The notes under the pieces: model-generated
What the model saw: only the letters and a program-made list of their open reading frames with translations
Told to the model about the DNA's origin: nothing
The model's database searches: none
Position numbers and translations under genes: made by a program
Shown: positions 8,281 to 17,700 of the stretch, piece by piece
Numbering within the stretch: the first letter of the stretch is position 1
Layout of the letters: each line of letters starts with the position of its first letter
IMG/VR virus record: IMGVR_UViG_3300029258_005088
Direction: 5' to 3' (one strand)
Length of the DNA: 64,000 nt
DNA from: a virus

Positions 8281-9887
8281 GCCTTCCCCATAAACTCCAG
8301 TGTTTTCTGAACCAGCCAAGACCGTCCGGAGGCTTCCTTCTTCATAGACGAGCCTTCTTCTTCGGGAGCTCCGTCCATTTCCTCGACCTCTTCCTCGCCT
8401 TCTTCGCGGAAGTCCTCATCGGTTGGATCCAGCTCCTCGAGCAGAGCTTCCAACTCCCCGACGTGTACCTTCTCCTCGTCGGCTATATCCTGAAGAATCT
8501 GTGCGGCACGCCTGTTCTCGGTGCTGTCGGCCACTGTTTCGTAGTGCTTGATCGCCTTCTGCTCTTCTATGATGGCGTCTCGAACGGCACGAGTCAGTTC
8601 ACGACGACCCAGCCTGGGAAGCTCCTTGACGTTCTCCATGCTACTCGCAGTCTTGGCTATATGTCTCGTCTCGAAAAGCACCTTGATCAGTGCCGCCCGT
8701 TTCTCCTGGCTTATCATAGGTGCCTCCAATTCTGAATACGCGTATTCACTTTTGCCTTCCTTACCTTCCATCTTCTCGAGGTCTGTGTAATAATCAGGCA
8801 TTTCTGTAAGATGATCCAACGCGATTTCTTCTGCAAGCTTCTGGTCTCTTGTATGTTCCTTTTCGACCTTCTTCCCCTTCTTGAGCTCTTCTTTGTCGAC
8901 ATCCTTCGGAGTTACGTTTTCTTTGTCGGCAAGGCCCGTAGTATCGGATCCGACTTTCTGCAGGGGCTTCAACACTTTCGAGGTATCCCCACGGGCGACC
9001 CACTTCTTGAACTGGTCCATGGTAAGTGCGGTGATGGAGCCGAGACCGTCCCAGCCTTTCTCGTAGTTGTCTAGATATCCCTTGCGGGCATCCTTCTCGT
9101 TGGTGAAGCCCAGCATGCACTTGTGCTCGTCGAAGCCTTTGCCTCCTTTGTTCGTCTGGTTGACGACGAACACCATCTCAGAGTCTACGTCCGGTCCGAT
9201 GAAGACGTCTACGTGATCGCCGTCGGCGTCGGACTTAGTCCGCTTGATGTAGCCGTAGTGATGCTTCATCAGGGTCTTCCATTCCGTACCGTCCGGGGAT
9301 TTGCCTTTACGATACTGGCCCTTTAGATTCTCGATGGTGATGTCCATACCATGCAGGCGGGTATGACCCTTGCGATAATTACCTGCTTCGGCCTGTTCCT
9401 TGGACTTCGGCTGAACCGGCGTGCCCTTGATCTTTAGGGAAGCTTCTTTTTCACCCGGCTCCTGCGAAGGGGCTCCATATATCTCGGCCAGTTGTAGCTT
9501 TCTCACCTCCTCGTTACTTAGATAGTTGCCCTCGTCATCGATGGGATGATATAAGTCCTCTCCGCTATTCAACTGCTCGGTCTCGAACTCGGTCAGATAA
9601 CCACGCCTCATTTCCCACAATTTCTTTTCTAGGTACTTACCCAGTGCGTCCTCTTCTTCCGTACCTCCTGTGCCATAAGACGAAGGTATCGCCGCATTTA
9701 TTTTTGTATACAGCCTCAGTCTTTGTCCTGGAGTGAGTTCTTCCCAGTGTGCTTCTTCCAGCTCATTCTGGGCTATTCCTGGTACTGTCTGTGTGGCTCC
9801 TTCGTCTACCACAGCGTCTCGGGCCTCCTTCTGCTGCTTCGCCTCCTTCCACGAAAGGATCATATTCGTAAAATCTGTTCTAGTCAT
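8277..9887 (-). CDS. Polyvalent protein: inorganic pyrophosphatase-type domain + DUF5661-like domain + ferritin/rubrerythrin-like domain
   Basis: GNYRKGH..LHGMDITIEN..HHYGYIKRT..DGDHVDVF..DEHKCMLGF (PPase domain of phage polyvalent proteins); EKEHT..AEEIALDHL..PDYY; EEQKAIKHY...DEEKVHVGEL di-iron ExxH. Start at 9887 chosen for the GAGG/AGGA RBS (ORF track start 9953). Confidence 0.8.
   Translation of the reverse strand: MTRTDFTNMILSWKEAKQQKEARDAVVDEGATQTVPGIAQNELEEAHWEELTPGQRLRLYTKINAAIPSSYGTGGTEEEDALGKYLEKKLWEMRRGYLTEFETEQLNSGEDLYHPIDDEGNYLSNEEVRKLQLAEIYGAPSQEPGEKEASLKIKGTPVQPKSKEQAEAGNYRKGHTRLHGMDITIENLKGQYRKGKSPDGTEWKTLMKHHYGYIKRTKSDADGDHVDVFIGPDVDSEMVFVVNQTNKGGKGFDEHKCMLGFTNEKDARKGYLDNYEKGWDGLGSITALTMDQFKKWVARGDTSKVLKPLQKVGSDTTGLADKENVTPKDVDKEELKKGKKVEKEHTRDQKLAEEIALDHLTEMPDYYTDLEKMEGKEGKSEYAYSELEAPMISQEKRAALIKVLFETRHIAKTASSMENVKELPRLGRRELTRAVRDAIIEEQKAIKHYETVADSTENRRAAQILQDIADEEKVHVGELEALLEELDPTDEDFREEGEEEVEEMDGAPEEEGSSMKKEASGRSWLVQKTLEFMGKA
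8733..8748. promoter_or_regulatory. Perfect 16-bp palindrome TGAATACGCGTATTCA (intragenic copy)
   Basis: Identical to the copies at 28400 and 51199. Confidence 0.55.
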
Positions 9888-12800
9888 TCGTATTCCTCTC
9901 TGACCTATGCGTGTAACCGTCCATATACCCGTGCGAGGCGTATTTCTGTCCACTAGGAAGTGATCGGTTGTCCACTACCAAAGGAAGCTCCTCTGAAAGC
10001 ATGTCAATGAACTTAATCTTCTTATCCGGAGTCAGTGTGTCGTAGTATTCAAGGAACTGCCTGGCACCGTGCTTATAAGGACGGTCTCCTTCGAAGAACT
10101 CCGTCAGTGCCTTTTTCGCCTCTGCCTTATTCCTGGCTCTACCTCCCTTGTTGTACCACCACGCTTTGATATCTCCTAGCCGTACCTCTCTCTCCTTATC
10201 GTCGATGAGGAAATATGCTACGTCGGACTGGCGGTCACTCCATTTGCTATCTACTATGAGTTTTCCATCGGCGTCTTTAACCCGCTCTTTCGTCTTGGGG
10301 TCCGTTTTAAATACGGTCCTTGTCGGGGTCATGTCAGGTTCGAACTCTTTCATATAGGCCATACTTCTCTTGAGTATATCCGGATGCCTTGCGTGTCCTA
10401 GGTTTTTGTTCAAACCAACCGTCTGATAAAAGCGAGGGTATTGTTTGTCCCCTACCTCGGGTATCTGGAAATTATGCCTGCTCTCGTGGATTATGGAATG
10501 ACCTAGGTCGGACACGTCTTTCTTTCCTCTAGCTCCTACGGTCATAGTAGGATGAACGCTCTCTACAGGACCGCTTTTCAAACCGCCCCCCTCCGGATAC
10601 ACGAAATCACTTTTGGTTCCTGCATTATGCTGGGCTCCGTACCACATCTTAGGGTCGAACTTCATCGGAATATACCTTTGAGGAAATCTAGTGGGCATGT
10701 CGATGCGCTCGACCCGCATGTTCGGAACCATGCCCGTGGCCTTCTGGTAGGCCAAGGCATCCTGAACGGACTTGTCTAGATTGCTGGGCTCTCCTGGCTT
10801 GTACACGCCTTGGTGATACCATCCACCGTACTGGTGGTGAAGAGGGAAGTACGTATCTACCTTTCCCTTGTTTTTACCCTTGTCCTCGCCCTTCCAGCCC
10901 CATTCGGCCATCTCCCAGGCTTTTTTATTTCTCTCGGCCCTTGCATTGAACTCCTTCTGCTTGGCTGCCTGAGCCGCCATCATCTGCTTCTTGATGGCCT
11001 CTATCTGCTTCTGATACGCACCTATCCTGTCTTGGTATCCCTTACCCATGTATTTCATCTGGTACTTATCCGTGGCAGGTGCCTTGGTGTCTACGTCAAC
11101 GGTCTTGACGGGAGGAGTTAATACAGGGTTGTTCACGGCCTTCTTGGCAGGTGTCTTGGAAGCTTGTTCGGCAATCGAAGGAACAGCGGGAGCCGCTCCG
11201 GAACTAGCCTCCTTCTGCTGTTTCTTCTTCTGACGTTCTTGCCATTCCTCGTACTTCTTCGGATTGTCCTTGAAGTACTGCAGCATATCGCCGCATGCAA
11301 CTTTCTGGACCTTGCCCGGAGGTCTTATCATCAGAGGGTACGGTCTATTGCGTTCCTCGTCCATAGGCATGATCCCGGACTTCTCGTCACCGGGAAGGAA
11401 CCCGTGCTTCCTGTAAAGGGATATCAGAGCTGCCAGACGGGCTTCGTATTCCTCGTCGTCGAAGTTCTCGTGCTCCTGCAGGTTCTCGTCCAGCTCGAAC
11501 GGCCCGGCTCTGAGAGCCAGGGTCTTCTTCTTGTTGTCTTTGACGATCTGTTTCAAAAGCTTGTCGGCAAAGCCCTTTCCTCGAAAATGAGGATCCGTGT
11601 GGATGTCTCCGACCACGCTGTAGTCGCCGTTGTCCTTCACGGTTGCATAGGATGCATCCACTCCCTTGTCGGTTACGAAATACTCCTTGACCGGTCCGTC
11701 CCCGTGAGTGGATACCTTGGCCTTCTTCTGCATGTCGCCACAGGCCACTTTCTCGTTGTCTATGAGATCCCAGGCGTCGTCCTTGGACATACCTTTCTCC
11801 TGAAGATCCCACGCTCTACGTATCCTGTCCTTTGCAGCGGAAGTCTTCACAGAGATGTCTACGTCCGGACTCGCCGCTGTAGCCGTATGCTCTCCCTCGT
11901 CTCTCTCCTTGAACCGAAACTCTTCGGATTCCGACAACTTCCTAAGTAGACGTACCAGACGAGCCCGCTTCTTGGGATCGTCCTCGAAGATGTGATAGTC
12001 CCAGTCCCTTCCTTCCGGATGAGGTCTTCCGTAAAAATCAGCTCTTCCCCTAGAGCCCGTCAGTTCTGCCTTACGGATCAGACGCTTCTTGAGGTCTGCC
12101 TTCTTCTGCATATTACCCGTATTCTTGTAGACCTTCTTCGCTATGTCATCCCAGATCTCTCTGCAGTGCTGGTCCTTGATGCACGTGATCTGCAGCTCCA
12201 TGCCCAGATGCTCTCTGCACCACTTCTTGATGGCGCGTCGGGCCACGCCGTCGTTGTCTCCGGCCACTCGAGCGGTGAATATCTTGATCTTCTTGCCCCG
12301 GCCGATATAACGCTTCACGCGGTCGACCATCTTCTGGATGGGCGCTCCGATGACGTCCGGACCCTTCCAGCCGTCGTATTTGGCCAGAGTACCGTCGAGA
12401 TCCACGCCGATCCACTCCTCGTCGGAAGCCTCCTTGTCCATCCCCAGAGGATCTCCGTAGTCCATCGTAAGCTCGGTATCTTCCGGAATGTCCCGCAATG
12501 CCTTGAAATAGCAACCATCGGGAGCGGGGTCGAATACGACGTTTGGATCCGATGCGTGGTTGGTGTAGCGTGCTCCGATCGTGCGATGCAGCTCCCTGTC
12601 CAGTGCGAGTGCGAACGACTCTCCCCGTTTTACGGGCTTGGTGACGAACGCGCCTTTTCCCTCTATGTCGGAATCCCTTATCTCTATGGGATCCTCGTCT
12701 GGCTGGGGAATGAGGTCGTCTGCATACTCCGAGTTTTGCCTATGCTCTTCCGCACTCGTTCCGCTCTCCTGCAGGTAGGTCTCGAAATCTGAACCCGTCT

Positions 12801-13026
12801 TCTGGAACAGAGGCGTTGCGACCTCTCTAGGAAGATGGAAGCGGAAACCGCTGGGACGATGGGTGACTCCGACGACGTCCCTCTCCCTGGAATCGATCTC
12901 GAAATCGCCGGGGTTCTTTCGTATGAGATCCGTTGCCAGCCTATGCTTCTCGGTATAGTTCCGTCTGTCCGACTCCTTCTTCAAAAGGAGAAGCGACTGT
13001 ATAAGCTGTCCTCGTCTTTGGTTCAT
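9880..13026 (-). CDS. Polyvalent protein: SET methyltransferase + HAD phosphatase + nucleotidyltransferase-like + GNAT acetyltransferase + HExxH metallopeptidase
   Basis: 1048 aa. SET: EGKGAF..RYTNHASDPN..ELTMDYG. HAD: GVDLDGTL..FTAR..IWDD. NTase: LTGSR..DWDY. GNAT: DPHFRGKGFADKLL..LYRKHGF. Peptidase: IIHESRHNFQ. Confidence 0.85.
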   Translation of the reverse strand: MNQRRGQLIQSLLLLKKESDRRNYTEKHRLATDLIRKNPGDFEIDSRERDVVGVTHRPSGFRFHLPREVATPLFQKTGSDFETYLQESGTSAEEHRQNSEYADDLIPQPDEDPIEIRDSDIEGKGAFVTKPVKRGESFALALDRELHRTIGARYTNHASDPNVVFDPAPDGCYFKALRDIPEDTELTMDYGDPLGMDKEASDEEWIGVDLDGTLAKYDGWKGPDVIGAPIQKMVDRVKRYIGRGKKIKIFTARVAGDNDGVARRAIKKWCREHLGMELQITCIKDQHCREIWDDIAKKVYKNTGNMQKKADLKKRLIRKAELTGSRGRADFYGRPHPEGRDWDYHIFEDDPKKRARLVRLLRKLSESEEFRFKERDEGEHTATAASPDVDISVKTSAAKDRIRRAWDLQEKGMSKDDAWDLIDNEKVACGDMQKKAKVSTHGDGPVKEYFVTDKGVDASYATVKDNGDYSVVGDIHTDPHFRGKGFADKLLKQIVKDNKKKTLALRAGPFELDENLQEHENFDDEEYEARLAALISLYRKHGFLPGDEKSGIMPMDEERNRPYPLMIRPPGKVQKVACGDMLQYFKDNPKKYEEWQERQKKKQQKEASSGAAPAVPSIAEQASKTPAKKAVNNPVLTPPVKTVDVDTKAPATDKYQMKYMGKGYQDRIGAYQKQIEAIKKQMMAAQAAKQKEFNARAERNKKAWEMAEWGWKGEDKGKNKGKVDTYFPLHHQYGGWYHQGVYKPGEPSNLDKSVQDALAYQKATGMVPNMRVERIDMPTRFPQRYIPMKFDPKMWYGAQHNAGTKSDFVYPEGGGLKSGPVESVHPTMTVGARGKKDVSDLGHSIIHESRHNFQIPEVGDKQYPRFYQTVGLNKNLGHARHPDILKRSMAYMKEFEPDMTPTRTVFKTDPKTKERVKDADGKLIVDSKWSDRQSDVAYFLIDDKEREVRLGDIKAWWYNKGGRARNKAEAKKALTEFFEGDRPYKHGARQFLEYYDTLTPDKKIKFIDMLSEELPLVVDNRSLPSGQKYASHGYMDGYTHRSERNTND

Positions 13027-13730
13027 TTCTTCGCACGTTCCGCCATCTTGGCAAGAGCCTCTTTCTTCTTTTTCTCCTCGTCCGCCTCTCCGGAGGCGAG
13101 TGCGAGTTCCTTTTTCTGCAGCTCGAGTTCCTTCTTCTGCAGAGCTTCCATGGCCTTGAGCCTGTTCTGGATCTTCTTCCGTTCGATGACGGTCATTATC
13201 GTGAGAACGAGGGGAAGGCCTATGGCAACTCCTCCCGCTGCGTAGGCATATGGCTTGATCTGGTTCCAGGTGTCCTGTCCCGCCGATGTTATGCCTCTGT
13301 TGATCTGTCCCTGGATATCCAAGTCGGAGTTTGTCTTATCGACTATCTCCTGAACTTTATCCCGGGCGCGGTTGAGACTGGCGTCCACTAGCTCTCGAGA
13401 ACGCCTATCAGCCAAGTCATAGCTCTTGTTTGTCTGCTCTCTCACTCTTTCCGCAGCGGCGTCGATTATGTCTTCATACTCCCTTTTATACAGTCTTCCT
13501 GTCTCTTCAGCCGTGCGGGCAAGCTCGTCTCGCCACTCTCGTCCCTGGTCTCGCCTGGTACGGCCCACTAGACCTTCCACGCCTTTGGAGACTGCCCAGC
13601 CAGGACCTTCCGTGACAACGGTCTTCGCCACGTTCCATGGCGAGAACTTCTCCTTGAGACTTTCATACAAGCGATCACCGAACCCGGATTCCTTGTGCAT
13701 GTAGCCAGCTATGTATGCTTCGTTGTTCAT
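13023..13730 (-). CDS. Membrane-anchored coiled-coil protein
   Basis: 235 aa; MNNEAYIAGYMHKES start; TM segment AYAAGGVAIGLPLVLTIMTVI. Confidence 0.7.
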   Translation of the reverse strand: MNNEAYIAGYMHKESGFGDRLYESLKEKFSPWNVAKTVVTEGPGWAVSKGVEGLVGRTRRDQGREWRDELARTAEETGRLYKREYEDIIDAAAERVREQTNKSYDLADRRSRELVDASLNRARDKVQEIVDKTNSDLDIQGQINRGITSAGQDTWNQIKPYAYAAGGVAIGLPLVLTIMTVIERKKIQNRLKAMEALQKKELELQKKELALASGEADEEKKKKEALAKMAERAKK

Positions 13731-13739
13731 ATTGATCCT

Positions 13740-14795
13740 CTACTGTGATTGGTACTCTTTGTCTATCTCCTCGTACCACTTCTCCTTGCTGCGCTCGTCC
13801 TGCCTGCCCTGGGCACGCTGGCTCATGTAGGTCAGTATGGCGGCAGGGATCGAGAGAGAAGCCGCGCCTATGCCGGCACCCACCACCGGCGCGTTCTTGG
13901 AATCGGGCATCGCGAGATCGCCTATCGCACCACCCGCTATCGATCCGGGTATTGCCGCCAGTACGGCGACGAGCGCGGCCCTTGCGGTTGGCGACATCTT
14001 GGATATGACCTCCGGCTCTCCGAGAACCTCCAGCGGCATGGAAGGATCGTCGGTAAGCGCCTTGTCGGCTCTCTTCTTGACGTCCTCCACGCGGGGCCCG
14101 ACGAACTTGTTGCCAATGGTGCCGACCACGGTCTGCGGACCTTTCTTCTTGGCATATTTGACGAGATAACCGTCCATATATCCTACGTTCATGATAGATC
14201 CTTCCTTTATGTTGAACAGCTCCGCGGGCAGTCTCATGCGCTTTCCGGGATCGACGCCTGGATGGTCCATCCGTCTTCCGTTGATTCCCGAACGGGAGGC
14301 CAGGCTCTGCGTGAAAGTGTTGGAGTTCTTGCCCCAGCCCAGAAGATTCTTTATTATTCCGGGATACCGAACGGGATCGTTCTTCGTGTTCCCTCTATAG
14401 GCTCTGCCTCTGGCCATGACCTCGTCGATCTTGTCGTCGAGAATATCCTCCTGAACCTCGGTACGGAACACGGTGGCATCCTCTCCCGGATCGTCGTTTA
14501 CGTACCGACGCACGCGCTCGAGATCCTTTGGATGGTTCCTGTGGTACTTCATCACGGCCCTGCCGAATATGTTCTTGATGATGCCGGCATCCGCGTAACC
14601 ACCGACGACCATTCCCTTGACCCCGTTTCCAAGATCCTGGAGCTTGCCCTTGAATCGCTCGACGTCACGAGGTACGAGAACCATGAACTGATGCCTGAAG
14701 TTACCCGGAGCCGGAACCTTTCGGGAACCGATGTATATGCCCGGAGCAAGCCTCTTTCCTCTGAACTCGTTTCCTGTTTGTCTTACGCCTGGCAT
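13740..14795 (-). CDS. Hypothetical protein with C-terminal glycine-zipper TM segments
   Basis: 351 aa; internal GYMDGYLVKYA motif precedes the domain containing AALVAVLAAIPGSIAGGAIG and VVGAGIGAASLSIPAAIL. Confidence 0.7.
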   Translation of the reverse strand: MPGVRQTGNEFRGKRLAPGIYIGSRKVPAPGNFRHQFMVLVPRDVERFKGKLQDLGNGVKGMVVGGYADAGIIKNIFGRAVMKYHRNHPKDLERVRRYVNDDPGEDATVFRTEVQEDILDDKIDEVMARGRAYRGNTKNDPVRYPGIIKNLLGWGKNSNTFTQSLASRSGINGRRMDHPGVDPGKRMRLPAELFNIKEGSIMNVGYMDGYLVKYAKKKGPQTVVGTIGNKFVGPRVEDVKKRADKALTDDPSMPLEVLGEPEVISKMSPTARAALVAVLAAIPGSIAGGAIGDLAMPDSKNAPVVGAGIGAASLSIPAAILTYMSQRAQGRQDERSKEKWYEEIDKEYQSQ

Positions 14796-14798
14796 GCT

Positions 14799-17700
14799 CT
14801 AATCCTCGACTACTCTTATGGGGTCGTCTATCGTTATCTCGCCTCTGCTGAACGCCATCATGGCCTCCTGCATCGACTTGAATATCCTGGTCTGCCCTTT
14901 CTTCGGCGGCTTCGTCGCGAAGTACAGGCCCTGAAGATACTCGTTCGACGGGGTATAAGCGGGCTTGCCGAATCTGGACGAGATCAGATTCTTCTCTGGC
15001 ATCATCAGCTCATTCGCCTGGTCCACTGCCTTCTGTGATACCGGTACAGTAAAACTAGCAGTATCGCCATCGAAATCCATAGCGAACGGACCAACTATGG
15101 TAGGACTTACCTGAATGGTCTTGCCCTTTGTGAGGACCGGCGTGAACGCCATGTTCGAGTACTTGTGCAGCGTAGGCGCTCTGTTGACCAATACAGGACG
15201 CTTCTTGATGACGGATTGCAAGGCTTTGTACGCCGGAGGGCTCTTGGCTTCCACGGCCTTTGCAGCCTGTGTCGCCGGATATCCCTTGCCTACCATCTCC
15301 CTTACCACGAAATCGCCGTATAGATTCCATGCCAGCTTCTCGGGCATGCCTATCTGGTTAAGCTTCAAGGAGGGGTTTGGAGCTACGACGCCCAGACCGG
15401 ACACGTCTATGTTGGTTCCTATGACGCGGCGCTGAACGAAGCCGAACTTGGGAGATCCCTTGCCGAAGATCTGCTTGAGCATACCGCCTACGTTCTTCTG
15501 CTGGAGCTGTTCCTGGTCCGGATCGGTCATGCCCACCAGAGTGTTGTAGGACTTCCACACGTTTCCCCATGCCTCGGACCGGATGTCCTTGGGCATGCCG
15601 TCGGTATCCTTGTAGTCCTGTATGTTCTCCAGAAGGGTCTTGTAGAGATAGTTCGGATCGGCAACCATCGTCATGTCGCTCTGTCTGGATATCGGGCGGA
15701 ACCTCGGAGGCAGTACGGGGACGCGGGTCATCAGGAAGTCTTCCGGCTTGACGTCGTGTTTCTCCATGGCGTCGATATACCGGAACAACTTCACGGCGTC
15801 GTCTCTCTTGGACTTGGCTCCGTGCTTGATCTGCTCCAGAGTGCGCTGCTTCAACGAAGGCATGTTCACCCTGCTCAGCATGTAGGACAACGCCTCGGAT
15901 CCACTCCTGCCCTCCACCTCGGTGTTTCCGGCGACCATGTCGTCGAATTCCTTCTGCTTCATGCCGAGTATGCGTCGGAGGGGTTCGGACATGATGGGGT
16001 TCGGCATCGGAGCCGGGAGCTTGATGTAAGACCACTTGTCTCCGTTGCCCATGCTCCCCGTGGCCTCTGGATCGAACAGGCCGCCGGGTATGGGTCGGAG
16101 GTTCTTGGCGTCGTAGGTCGACGGGTTCTTGATCTCACGGGCACCGGTCAGTGCCTCCGCCTGATTGTTGGTCATGGCGAATACGCTGTCCTTGTCCTTG
16201 TCCTCGTGCAGGTTGATGCCGGCCGCTCGTATAAGGCTCTTGAACTTCTGATAGACCAATGGAGTATCGGGCTGCGTCGGAGTCTCGCCCAGCTTGAGCT
16301 GTCTCCAGAAATTGCTGTTCTTCTGTCCCTTGATGATCTTGAGATCCTTGAGAACCTGGTCGGCGCCATGGGCCTGCAGAGCCTGTATCTCCATATCTCC
16401 GAGATGCTTGGCTCCTTCCTTTCCGCCGCGTGCCGGTTGATCCTCCGCGGTATACCTGGAAGTGCCTCTGGACTTGCCCTTTCCTTCCGCGGTATGCTGG
16501 AGCTTGTAGACGTAGGTCATGCCGGTCAGAATGCCCGGTATGGTCTTGCCCGTCTTCGGATCGTACAGATCTTCGTTGGCCTTGACGTTGTTCTTGTACG
16601 CCTCTCGGGCGGCGAACTTCTTCATGTCCTCGTCCAGGAACCCCGGCAGCACGTACGGCTTTCCGGTCTTTTCCGCTACCTTGCCCAGAACCACTTCCGA
16701 TTTCTGCGCTGGGTTGGTACGGCTGTGGATGCCGAGTGGCGAGAATATGACGTCGATCGGCCGTCCCTTGGAATCCCTAGGCATGTCTTCGTCCCTGATT
16801 ACCTCGGCGACCACGCCTTTGTTGCCGAAGCGCCCGGAAAGCTTGTCGCCCTCTTCCATGGGGACGTTGGCCCTGACGTTGATGTTGTAGCCTTTCTTGC
16901 TGGGCTCGGCATCGGTGACCACGGCCGGGAACTCGTGCTTCCATACGACGCTGTCGTCCGTACGGGTCTTGCGTCCCATCGACTGGGGCGTGGGCTCTCG
17001 CTCTTTCACGGCCAATACCATGGGATCGCCGTAGTTCACCACGGTACCGGTCTTCACGACCCCGTCGTCTCCTATGGTGCCGAGCTGGGACTTGCTGAAT
17101 CTGGATGGGTACAGGGCCTGGAACTTGGCTTTGTCCGTGAACACGTCTTTGTCCTTCTCGAACTTTGTCGTGTACATGTGCTCTGACGTCAGCTTTTCCT
17201 TTGCGGCGGACTGGGATATGACGACGGCGTCCTCGAACACCTTTCCGTCGTAGTTCAGATAGGCCACGCGAAGGTTCGTTCCCAGTGCGGATACGCCATC
17301 CGGATCCGTATAGTTCGAAGTCGCAAGTACTGCGCCTTTTCCCACCTTCTGGCCAGCCTTTACCTTGGGAGTGTTCCTGATGAAGGTCTTGCGGGCATAC
17401 GGGTGGTTGTCGTAAAGGTCTATGGTCTCTTCCGTTCCGTCGTCGTAGGACATCTTGAGGTGATCCTTGTAGACCGCCTTGACGACGCCCGGTTTGGAAG
17501 CTTTCACCGCGCCCATGTAAACGCCCATGCGCTCCTCCTCGGAACCTCCCTTGGGATTGGAAGTCCTTACGAGAGGGGCCTGACGACCAACCAGAGGAAG
17601 TGCCTGTCTGGCGAACTTGTTCCCCATCAGCAGGCGCATGCCTTTGACGCCCGACTTCAACGGAACCAGGTTGGCGGTATCCGAGAACATCTCGTCGCCG

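Noticed and set aside
2211-14799. Intron, intein or frameshift joining the two RNAP genes
   Set aside because: The 12.6-kb interval holds ordinary coupled genes, both RNAP ORFs have their own start and stop, and no splicing motifs were seen.
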